Sequence record: MK250019.1
Strand: one strand, 5' to 3'
Length of the DNA stretch: 64,000 bases
Of this stretch, positions 11,108 through 20,968 are shown piece by piece. The notes under the pieces are model-generated. The model did not search any database. It was not told the origin of the DNA and saw only the letters and a program-made list of their open reading frames with translations. Both the position numbers and the translations under genes were made by a program. The stretch's first letter is position 1. The number at the start of each line of letters is the position of its first letter.

Positions 11108-11208
11108 TAGATGTAGGGAGACTTGAACTCCCAAATTCCATACCTAGAATACCATGAAATAAACTCAAAATATTATTGAGTTGCGTTTACCCATTTCGCC
11201 ATACATCT
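11108..11208 (-). tRNA. Class II (Leu/Ser-like) tRNA-like gene with an abnormal 9-nt anticodon loop and 30-nt variable arm
   Basis: Acceptor AGATGTA/TACATCT; D arm GCGAAATGGGTAAACGC; T arm GGGAG-TTCAAGT-CTCCC; anticodon stem ACTCA/TGAGT around ATAATATTT. Confidence 0.65.
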
Positions 11209-11420
11209 ATAAAAAGGTAGTTTCTTATCCGAATGCAGTCTAACTACCAAACCTTGAGTATCACATTTCGTACGTTTCCCAGATATTGTGACATCTGCTT
11301 ACTATATTACTATAATAAGTTAATCCTTGAATCACTTAAACCTAATTTAATAGGGATACATGTCAATCCATGATTAAAAAGTCTTTAGCTTAACAATATT
11401 AAAAAATATCGCAAGGATTG

Positions 11421-11492
11421 CAGCCCTAATAAGATTCGAACTTATAACATCACAATTAAATATTATGTGCTCTACCATTGAGCTATAGGGCC
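11421..11492 (-). tRNA. tRNA-Lys(TTT)-like gene with A instead of U at position 33
   Basis: GGCCCTA/TAGGGCT; GCTC-AATGGTA-GAGC; CATAA-TATTTAA-TTGTG; ATAAG-TTCGAAT-CTTAT. Confidence 0.7.
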
Positions 11493-11579
11493 AAGGTCTT
11501 ATTTTAAATTTCCACGCAATAAGACCTTAGATTTTTGTAGATATGTGTTCATAGTACTTAAACTAATGCTTGTAAATAT

Positions 11580-11671
11580 ACTGACGTGTTAACCACTTCA
11601 CCAATCGCCCATATATATTGTTTTTTGCTTTAATTGAGGGCAATACGGGAATCGAACCCGTGTTGGTCAGT
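11580..11671 (-). tRNA. Candidate circularly permuted tRNA gene (3' half 11671-11637, 26-nt linker, 5' half 11610-11580)
   Basis: The halves complement each other in the acceptor (GGGCGAT/ATTGCCC) and anticodon (TCAGT/ACTGA) stems; canonical D and T arms. Confidence 0.7.
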
Positions 11672-11871
11672 AAAATTCATGATGTATCACGAATGAACTA
11701 TGACAATCTAACATTTACTGTAATACTAAAGCTCTTGACTCAATGCTAATGCTAAAATCTAGGATTTTGTTTATGCTAAATGTAATCAAGCTAATGCTTT
11801 AGTCAATTTACATTATTTATATATCAAACAATATACAAAGTCTATTTTTATTCTTAAAATAATTTCACTTA

Positions 11872-11879
11872 AATAAATA
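11872..11879 (+). promoter_or_regulatory. T4-late-like promoter AATAAATA
   Basis: About 30 nt upstream of the ATG at 11908. Confidence 0.45.
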
Positions 11880-11907
11880 TCATAAATGAAATAGTTATCG
11901 TAACTAA

Positions 11908-13125
11908 ATGAAAAAGAATAATTATCTATATGAAGAAATGATACAGGATATTTCTGTTATCGTTAAACATCGAATAAATGAAGCATATGATAATCAACTT
12001 CTTGAAGAATATGGTGCAAAAGATATATTTAATGATGTAATGAAAGAAGCTACAAAAGATGGAAAAATCTTTTATACACATCTTAAAAAATTTATTATTT
12101 ATGTTATCAAAAAACTTCAAGAAACAAATCAATATAAGCAAGCAGAAAAAATGATGAATGCATATGTTCAGAAAATATAGAAATATATAAATGAACATAA
12201 AAAGATTACACCTCGTCGTATGTTAAAAATTACAGTTACTGTATTAGCAATATATGGCGGTGTATCAATGGTATAGGATTGTAAATCACTAATAAAATCA
12301 CTACAAAATAATGTAGAAACATATGAGCAAACAGCAGAAGATATTCCAGATTTACAATAGGAAAATATTACTGTTGATGAACCAGAAAATTTTGTAGTCA
12401 ATGTAAAGGATGAAGCAAAATAGACATTAAGTGTTAAACATGTTTCATAGGAAGATATTAATAATTCTCCTGCAAATAAATTCGAACATGATAAGAATTT
12501 CAATTTTAAATCAAGTAACAGTGCACGTGAATTTATTAAAAAACATGAAATGCTTCTACTTTATCCTTATTATGCAAATGAAGCTGAAGAAAAACAAGGT
12601 AAAGTAACTATAGGTTATGGACATGTTGTATTAGAAACTGATGGTGCATTATATCAGCAAATACAACAATTAAAAAAGAAAGGTCTTATAAAGCAGTCAT
12701 TTACTCGTGATAAGAAAACAGGAAAACTTATATTAAATCCTAAACATTGTAAACCAATTATTACAAAAGTGCAAGCAAATAAATTATTCTTAAAAGATAT
12801 TAAGATAGCAGAAGATAGAGCATATAAAGCATTGCAAGATATGCCTACTGATGATGATAATGTTAAGTGCTATATGTTATATAATCAAAAAATAAGAGAT
12901 GGATTAACATCACTATGTTATAATGCTGGTAATCTTAAACATGATAAGTATTCATTTATAACAAAAGGACTTGCAAAATGTAGATATGATTATAAAAACC
13001 AGAAAATTAATCCAGGTGATTATAATGTATCATTCAGTTATTTTAAAAATATTAAAGATAATCCTAATAGAAGAAATGAAGAATATAAGTTATTCTTTAT
13101 GAATGCAAATAAATCAATGTCATAA
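11908..13125 (+). CDS. Lysozyme (GH24-like) fusion with N-terminal leader and hydrophobic segment (405 aa, 5 TAG)
   Basis: C-terminal REFIKKHE...TIGYGH...LTSLCYNAG...RRNEEYKLF; 1218 nt in frame. Confidence 0.8.
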
Positions 13126-13146
13126 AAATAAAAAAATATTAATATA

Positions 13147-14430
13147 ATGAAGAAATTATTTGAAGCAAAACAAAAACCATTAGTTGTTTATAATCCTGCT
13201 GATATATTTATGAAATATAATATGAAACCAGGAGATTATGTTTCTATTGCATATATATCAGACGTTTTACAAGGTGAATCAAGCCATCCTATTGCAAGAA
13301 GTGGTTCTCAAAAACAATGTTATAATATTAATGATGAAACAGATGCATAGTTAATGGAATATATTGACAACCTTCCTAATAATAGAATTAAACAATTATT
13401 AACAGAATTTAGAGAATCTAAGAAATATTAGGATTTTTTAAATGGTACCAGTAAATTAAAAACATGTAAATTAAATTTAACGACAGAACATATTATTAAA
13501 GTAAGTCATCTTACATGTAACTGGAAAGATTCAAAAGCATTGGCAAAATTCTATGATAAGTAGCGAGATGCTATTTGGAAACTCCGTCAAGATTATGGAT
13601 TTGAAGATGGTTTTGATGATAATTATGATAGAGATGAAGATGATGTAAACTGGAGAGATTCACATGATGGTAGAAATATAATGCCTCGTACAAAAAAGAA
13701 TTATAACGGTAATGTATATAAAGATGCTACTATCCTTCCTGGCATTTATGCAAGTCTTTCAGATCCTGATAAAGTTGCATTTAGATTCGCATATAATCAA
13801 AGATCTAGTCATAAAGATTCTGATTATTATTATGTAAATGGTGATGGAACATTATTTCCTTTAAATAAAGCATTCGTTACATTCTTAACATATGCATATA
13901 AGAAAAATAAAGAAGATGAAATTTATCCTACATAGGAAGAAAGAGAATTTGTTGCTAAACTTAAACAAATTACTGATGAAACTCCAAGTACAGCAGAAAT
14001 GACTCTTAGTTGTAATTAGATTTTATTTATGAAGTCAACTGCACGCACATCAAAGAACGCAAGAATTTCTCAAAATATTCCATTTGTATGGATTAATACA
14101 AAAGCAGTTGTCAATAAATATGATTTTATTAATCCAACTGAGTTAAATAACATTATTAAAAATCTTGTGTATTCACTTGATGATACTGATGTTAATGGTA
14201 CAATTGAAAATATCAATGTTAAAGGTAAATCAATAAGTGATCTTCTTAATATAGATATGTCTGGTAAAGCAACTGCTGATCCTGCAACTATTAGACAACG
14301 TTTAGGAATTACAGAAGCATTACATATGTTAGCATATAAATTTACACAAACAAAAAAGAAACGTGCATTATATGAATCAATTATGAAAAATGTTTCTAAA
14401 ACAATAAAAAGAAAATTACAATTAATCTAA
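13147..14430 (+). CDS. Hypothetical protein, probably virion-associated (427 aa, TAG=Gln)
   Basis: Three ORF-track fragments in one frame joined only by TAG codons. Confidence 0.75.
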
Positions 14431-14436
14431 AATAAT

Positions 14437-14470
14437 AAAGAGATTGAATAATCAAATATTCAATCTCTTT
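14437..14470. terminator. Bidirectional terminator between convergent genes
   Basis: 14-bp stem aaagagattgaata/tattcaatctcttt. Confidence 0.75.
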
Positions 14471-14487
14471 TCTTTTATATTAAAAAA

Positions 14488-15741
14488 TTAAAATCTAATA
14501 AATGAAACTACTTTTGCAGAAACATTAGGATCTGCAATCTTAAATACCTTATCAGGATTAACCTATAACATGATATTTGCATCACCTTTATCTGCAACAG
14601 AAGATGTCCAATATCTACCGGTACCGATAATATCCATTACTTTATTAAGTTCTGGTAATGTAGGAAGATATGCACGTTCAAAAATTTGTGATTTTACTTC
14701 ATTAACTTGTTCACTATTCAAACCATTTAATTGTAATTTCTTTATAGCCATTTGCTTTGCAAGTTTAGCAGCATTATTACCATTGTCTTCAAGAATACTT
14801 GTATAAAAATTTCCTTTAATTTCCTCTTGATAATAATAATTAGATCCTGGTGTAATCTCTAATTTCTATTTAGCACCAACTAGCTTTTTCTTAAAATAAT
14901 ATGAATCATATACATTATTATTTCCTGGATTACCCAATGTTGATTCCTATGAATCCAATATCATAAATACTGGTTTCTTATCTAATGACTAATAACTAGA
15001 AATAACACATTTAGCAAATGATCCCTATGCATCATTACTTAAAACTAAACCATCTACTTCATCCCATTTAATAAACATACCTTCATTTGCTTTTTTCAAA
15101 GAATTACCTACTGTTTTAAAATATGGTTTTAAATCTGCATATTTTTCACCAAATGGTTCATCTTCATCAATTTCATCCTCTATATCTTCATCATCTGAAT
15201 CTGATGTATCTACATCATCATAATCAGGATAATCTGCCTATGTAGTTTCTTCAGGTTCATCAACCTTTTTACTTACACTATCATCAAAGCCATGCGAAAC
15301 TATAGGTTTATCCTAAATATCTGGTTCATCTTCTATTGTATTATCATCTGTTTGCACATCATCATAATCAGGATAATCAGGTGTCTATACAGGTTCATCC
15401 TAAGAAATATTACCATCAAATTCACCACCATTTTCAACATATAATGTCTGAATATCTGCTATATTACCGCCTGCATCTATATATGCATTACCTATATTCT
15501 TATATGCTTTTAATTTATTAATATCTGCATTATTATGTGGACATCCAACCTTCATAGTAAGCAAACCAGCAACATATTTCTATAAAAGAACCTCTTTTGT
15601 ATCTTTCTTCATTACCTTTGCATCTTCACCTAATGTTGAACGCAAACGACTTGACATTGAACTCATTGAAGCCCAAATTTTTGGATCAATAGTTCTCTAT
15701 ACACGGGCTTCATTTAATATATCATTTATAAATGTTCTCAT
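14488..15741 (-). CDS. Hypothetical acidic protein with duplicated DYPDYDDV (417 aa, TAG=Gln)
   Basis: 1254 nt, ATG..TAA, interrupted only by TAG. Confidence 0.7.
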
Positions 15742-15870
15742 TTAAAATAAATCAATAATTATTTTATATATTTATTTTATTATAATTATTTATTATAACA
15801 TTATCATTTACCATAAAATTAAAGAGTATAACTTTTAAATTATACTCTTTATTCTTTATTTTGTTTTTAA

Positions 15871-16500
15871 TTATAAAATTGTTGTCCATGCTTCAAATAC
15901 TGCATCATCATATTCTTCATAAGGAATAGTAATATATCCATGATCTGCCCATGATGTTCCCCAGGAATTTCTAATAATAAAACCTTGCTTATTAAATCCA
16001 ATTACTAATGTACAATGCCCTCCTGCATAATTAGATCCTTTTCTCCAAAAATATGGATCGTTATCAGTATAAACTGGAAACCCCGCAGCTACCGGGCCAA
16101 ACATAATTAATGCACGTTTTAAAACTTCTCCTGATGGAACTAAAGCATATGAATTAATTTTTTCTCCGTTTAAACCATTAGTTTTAAGATATTTTAATGC
16201 TTCTTTTATAGACATGCCTTCCTATGGTTTATTTGAACGAGAATTATATAATGTATTAATAGAAAAATTATTACATTTACCATCAGTTCCTACTTTACTG
16301 TTATGAAGATAGTCAAGTACACCAGTTAATGATTGACATACACAAGTCTATGTATTACCCTAATCACGAACAGGAGGCATAACATCTCTTAAAGAAAATT
16401 CATCAGGTAATGGTATTTTTGAATCAACATTTACTATTTGTTCTGTACCATCTAATTTAGACGGAATGCAACCATAAAAATGTTTCTACTTATTATCCAT
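15871..16500 (-). CDS. Papain-like (C1) cysteine peptidase (209 aa, TAG=Gln)
   Basis: PVRD(TAG)GNT(TAG)TCV; GGHCTLVIGF; IIRNSWGTSW. Confidence 0.9.
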
Positions 16501-16546
16501 ATGTCATTAAATATATTTTATATATTTATTTTCTATATAATAAAAG

Positions 16547-16578
16547 AAAGAGTTAGATATTCGAATATCTAACTCTTT
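16547..16578 (-). terminator. Terminator downstream of the portal gene
   Basis: Perfect palindrome aaagagttagatat-tcga-atatctaactcttt. Confidence 0.7.
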
Positions 16579-16588
16579 TATATTTTTA

Positions 16589-18484
16589 TTAAGAGAAATC
16601 ACCACCGGTATCACCTCCACCAGTATCTGCAATTTCAGAACCACCAGATCCCATACCAGTATCACCACCAGAGAATGCTTCATCACCGCCAGAGAAGTCT
16701 CCTCCTCCACCGAAGTCACCTCCACCAGTATCACCTCCAGCGCCGAATGAATCATCAAATCCTGAACCTCCAGAATCACCACCGAAATCCATTTCGCCTG
16801 GTGCACCGTTACCTTGCTGCTCACCAACTTGCTTACCTATTTCTTGATGTTGTTTAATTGTTTTGGCTTGCTCTAATCGTTCAATAATTTCGCCTTGCTT
16901 ATATTTTTCATTAAGTGCAAAATCTTCATCAGACATACCTAGAAATTTCTCAATAAGGAATTTCATACTAAAGAATGGTTTATTTTCACCTAATTGAATT
17001 TGTGCTAAAGTACCTATAATTTCAGCACCCTATTTTAATGCTGTTCTTTCTTTTGCTTTAACAAATAAGTTTTCCTCATTGAATACAATACCTATACATT
17101 GTTTAAGCAATTCAGAATTAGCTAATTCTGGCATCATTAAACATATTTGCACCCATAAAGGTTTTAACAAAATTTCACGATACATAACGCGAATACGACT
17201 AATAAATCTACTAAATGCATATTCCTCTCGTGTTATACTTGCATCATCTCCACCTAATGGATGTGCGCCATCAGCAGCAGGATCAATCATAAATCTATTT
17301 GCTGGAACTTTTGTTTCTAATATAAAACGTCTCCAGAAATATTTCAATGGTGTAATATCACTTAAGTCATAACCTTCTGTAGGTATTTCTTCTATTGTCA
17401 TCGAATTACCATCACGAATTGGGAAAAAATGAGTTTTAGAAAATGAAAAACGTGGTTGACCATTTACAACCATTTCACCAGATATTTCATCGACTGTTGT
17501 TTCTTCATTCCAATCTGCTTTTACTTCATTAACCTTTGCACGAGCTTTGTCCTATGAAATATTACCTACAGGAATACCCACTTTAACACGTTTCTGTGAA
17601 TTCATAATATTCCAAACCATTCTTGATGTTTCAAGTTGTGTTAACATTGTATATGATCTGATTAATCCTTCTAGATAAGAAACTCGTGAATTTTCGCCAT
17701 ACATACCTGTTGACCATGATATATATACAATATTCGAATCTGGTATTTTTCTTTCCAACTATGCATCACCTCTATATTGATACCATACTTTTACTTCTTT
17801 TCCTGTTTCTGGATCTATTTCAATATCAGGTTCAAGAGTTGCTGCATCCAATTCTCTCATGCCTATAATACGTGTAGGTTTCATAAGATTATCAACAACA
17901 ATTTCAAATGCCAAATATCCTTCAACTAAGAATTTTTTAAAATAATTCCATGCATCATTTGATTTATCCCATCCATATGTAGAATATATAATCTTAAATG
18001 CTTTTTGACAATTTTTAATTAAATCATCTGCAGTTTCACCATTTGCACCTTTATAATTAGTGTTAAACTTTAATTTCAGAAGATTTAAATCTAACTATGC
18101 AAAATAATTGTTTTCATCTAATATTATAGTTTCATCTGAAATAGTATCAAGAACAAAAGAAATTGTTTGTTGTGAAGCGAACTATCTTAACTATTCACGT
18201 CTCTATTGATATGATAAATCATAATATGCATAAGATTGTTTTGTATTTTTAGTAATATCAACATACTATGAAAAAGAATTTTGATCCTAATTTAAACCAT
18301 CGTTAAATGGATATAATGAATCACCTGTATAATTATTTGTTTGAGCGGAACCTAAAGCTAATGATGTTTTAAGAATACTCTATGATGAATTTAAACTGAG
18401 AGAAGACAGATTAATAAGTGTATTGATTTTATTATGATCTGCTTTTCCTGGATTAAACTTTCTTGCTATATATTTTGTAGGCAT
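16589..18484 (-). CDS. T4 gp20-like portal protein (631 aa, TAG=Gln) with Gly/Asp-rich tail
   Basis: RVSYLEGLIRSYTML, KRVKVGIPVGNIS(Q)DKA, FFPIRDG..IEEIP, LKYFWRRFILETKVPANRF, ITREEYAFSRFISRIR follow the gp20 pattern; 1896 nt in frame. Confidence 0.85.
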
Positions 18485-18605
18485 TATTATGCTTTTATTT
18501 AGTTTTTATATTTATTATATATAAAAATAGGTAATATGTTTATGAAAAATACATATTACCTATCAAACAAAATTAAACAATTAAATATATATATTATGAA
18601 AAATG

Positions 18606-18997
18606 TGGAGACATCCGGAGTCGAACCGGAGTATTACTAACTTGTCAATAATAAACTATCTACGTGCGTATTTCTTAATTAGTTTTCATCATACATTCTT
18701 AGGAGTTAAACAGTTTAATGTCTTAATCACTCTTATTGGACAAAAAGTATAGTGAGTTTTATTTAACAGAGAAAACACTCACCGAACTCCGTGGCGATGC
18801 TCAACTTACCTTGTAAGGAGCAAATGCTTCAATGGGTTTATATTACCAATCCTACCGGATTAAGCTGCCATACGAAAATCAATTTCGTCGTCATTTAAAT
18901 TTATTTGCTAAATTTCTTTGTATTACTACAAAAGGCTTTTAACTTTCCTACACGATTTATTATCACATAATTAATAAGCAAAACCAAAAATGTCCCC
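18606..18997 (-). ncRNA. ssrA: tmRNA (one-piece), tag about (A)DDEIDFRMAA*
   Basis: GGGGACA/TGTCTCC acceptor with G3.U70; T arm CCGG-TTCGACT-CCGG; internal GAC GAC GAA ATT GAT TTT CGT ATG GCA GCT TAA. Confidence 0.9.
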
Positions 18998-19041
18998 TAA
19001 ATATTAATTACATATTTTATATATGTAATTAATTAAAAAGT

Positions 19042-19353
19042 TTACTTTTTCTTTAACTTTTTACCTGTTTTATAATAACGCTGTAACTTATTATTTAATA
19101 CAGTATTTATCTCATTAAGTCTATGATTTTCACTAATTATACTATTATATTTTTTATATAAGGTGTTATATGATATATTAAAATCTTTAATCGTTTTATC
19201 ATATGCATGAGTTAAATCTTCGTGTATTCTAATCATGTCATCTTTGTTTTTTATTATTGATTTAAATATATCTTCTTTTTCCTTTATACTATTTGGCATA
19301 AGAATAGCACTTAATATATTTGTAAAATAATCAGATAATTTCATAATTAACAT
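19042..19353 (-). CDS. Hypothetical coiled-coil protein
   Basis: 103-aa ORF. Confidence 0.65.
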   Translation of the reverse strand: MLIMKLSDYFTNILSAILMPNSIKEKEDIFKSIIKNKDDMIRIHEDLTHAYDKTIKDFNISYNTLYKKYNSIISENHRLNEINTVLNNKLQRYYKTGKKLKKK

Positions 19354-19363
19354 TCTTATTATA

Positions 19364-20167
19364 TTAAACGAATATAGTTAATTCCATATTTTGTGACATT
19401 AAATTTCCAAATACATTCATAGGAAGTGTTTTTGAAAATGTATCATTAACATACAAATCAATATAATTTGCATAACATGATGACTTATTCAATTTATTTT
19501 TTCCTTTCTCTAGAACTGTAATTCTACCATACACAATATCACCTTCTTTAACATCACTTAAATAATTTGTTTTGATATGAATTCGTTTAACAATATATTT
19601 CGGTGTTGCTAAATAAATATCTCCATTGTTTGGAGCATTATCAATTGCATCCCATTTTGCCTTTCTTCTTGCTGCATTTTTTTGTTGTCTCTTATTGTAT
19701 TCAGCAATAGCATCTTCTTCGGTTTCAAAACAACGATTTCTTACATTAGTATGTGGTACATCACACACAGAAAGAAGATAATATCCCTCTCTAATTTTAT
19801 AATTATCATCTGCTTCTCTTACAAAACATACAGACCATTTATCTGCAGAAGAATATCTTATAATTTCTGAAGCACCTCTAACTGCAGGTGAAATTTCTTT
19901 ATTAAGCTTTACAAATACAATACGTCTACTATCTTTTGATATAGGATCTACTGTATATAATGATTTACATTCATTATCTAATACTTCTTTCTTGATAAGA
20001 AATCCATAAATAGTTCTACTAAAACTAAAATAGTATGATGATCTCCCACTTTCTTCATAATTACCAAGATATAAATCTGTATTATCAATATAATATTCAT
20101 CAGGAATATTTGATAATGATTTATTATGGTCATATGAATTTATAAATGTATATGATTTTGCTTTCAT
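19364..20167 (-). CDS. Hypothetical protein
   Basis: 267-aa TAG-free ORF after a promoter box. Confidence 0.75.
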   Translation of the reverse strand: MKAKSYTFINSYDHNKSLSNIPDEYYIDNTDLYLGNYEESGRSSYYFSFSRTIYGFLIKKEVLDNECKSLYTVDPISKDSRRIVFVKLNKEISPAVRGASEIIRYSSADKWSVCFVREADDNYKIREGYYLLSVCDVPHTNVRNRCFETEEDAIAEYNKRQQKNAARRKAKWDAIDNAPNNGDIYLATPKYIVKRIHIKTNYLSDVKEGDIVYGRITVLEKGKNKLNKSSCYANYIDLYVNDTFSKTLPMNVFGNLMSQNMELTIFV

Positions 20168-20199
20168 AATTTCTATTTTTCTTTCATTAATTTATATCT

Positions 20200-20209
20200 C
20201 AAAGATACA
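20200..20209 (-). promoter_or_regulatory. TGTATCTTTG -7 box
   Basis: 33 nt upstream of the ATG at 20167. Confidence 0.75.
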
Positions 20210-20276
20210 TAAAAGTTTTTAAAATAAAAAATGGAGACTATATGAATAATCTCCATTTAATGTATAATATCATTTT

Positions 20277-20495
20277 TTAACAATCTTCTACATTTGTAAT
20301 AGATACCTTATTTAATTCATCTTGCCAATTAATAACAAACTGTAAATTAAATAAATTATCTTCTACTAATTTCATATTATTAAGTCTCTTAACTTCATTA
20401 TATAATGTAATTGCTTCTTTTACATTATTCTCCATTCTAATTGCTAAATCTGCAATTTCTGTGTATTCTTGCTTTAATATATCTTCTTTAATCAT
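20277..20495 (-). CDS. Hypothetical protein
   Basis: 72-aa ORF. Confidence 0.6.
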   Translation of the reverse strand: MIKEDILKQEYTEIADLAIRMENNVKEAITLYNEVKRLNNMKLVEDNLFNLQFVINWQDELNKVSITNVEDC

Positions 20496-20546
20496 TTAAA
20501 TTCTCTCACAATTTTTTTGATCGAAAAAGACAAAATATTATGTTGT

Positions 20547-20828
20547 TTAATTATCAGAGATATAATGTTTAAACCCATTCTGTAATTTTGTTAACATATG
20601 TTTAATCTTAACATCTCTAATTTCTGAATTTTTAATTACATTATATTGTCCTATTATAAGATCAATATAATTAGCAACAGCTTTAGCATCTAATTTATCA
20701 ATAACTGAATATAGATTTATCTCTGGTGTTTTTACTTTACTTTCATATAACTCACATTCTGTTTTATTAGTAAAAACTTTTCCATCATCTGCATAATATT
20801 CTGTCTTTATAATTGTCTTCTGTTTCAT
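20547..20828 (-). CDS. Hypothetical protein
   Basis: 93-aa ORF; YYADDGKVFTNKTECELYE. Confidence 0.7.
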   Translation of the reverse strand: MKQKTIIKTEYYADDGKVFTNKTECELYESKVKTPEINLYSVIDKLDAKAVANYIDLIIGQYNVIKNSEIRDVKIKHMLTKLQNGFKHYISDN

Positions 20829-20866
20829 AATTGTAAAAAATTAAAAATATTACTAATGTCATGTCG

Positions 20867-20938
20867 TTGGGGATCCGAGACTCGAACTCGGCCTAAGAGT
20901 TTTAGAGACTCCTGTACTGACCACTATACTAATCCCCA
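20867..20938 (-). tRNA. Amber-suppressor tRNA, anticodon CUA, Gln-type body
   Basis: TGGGGAT/ATCCCCA (U1-A72, G2-C71, G3-C70); GGAGT-CT CTA AA-ACTCT; CCGAG-TTCGAGT-CTCGG. Confidence 0.95.
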
Positions 20939-20968
20939 ATACTATATTTTAATTTACATAACTATTAA

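Noticed and set aside
11140-11152. TT CTA GG in the variable arm as a third suppressor anticodon
   Set aside because: It sits in a 12-nt loop of the variable arm, not in an anticodon position
11209-11420. Group I intron
   Set aside because: Only vague P- and R-like words; no S element, P7 pairing or interrupted exon
11580-11671. Permuted element as a two-piece tmRNA
   Set aside because: It lacks G3.U70, has a full D arm and shows no convincing tag frame; a normal tmRNA exists at 18606-18997
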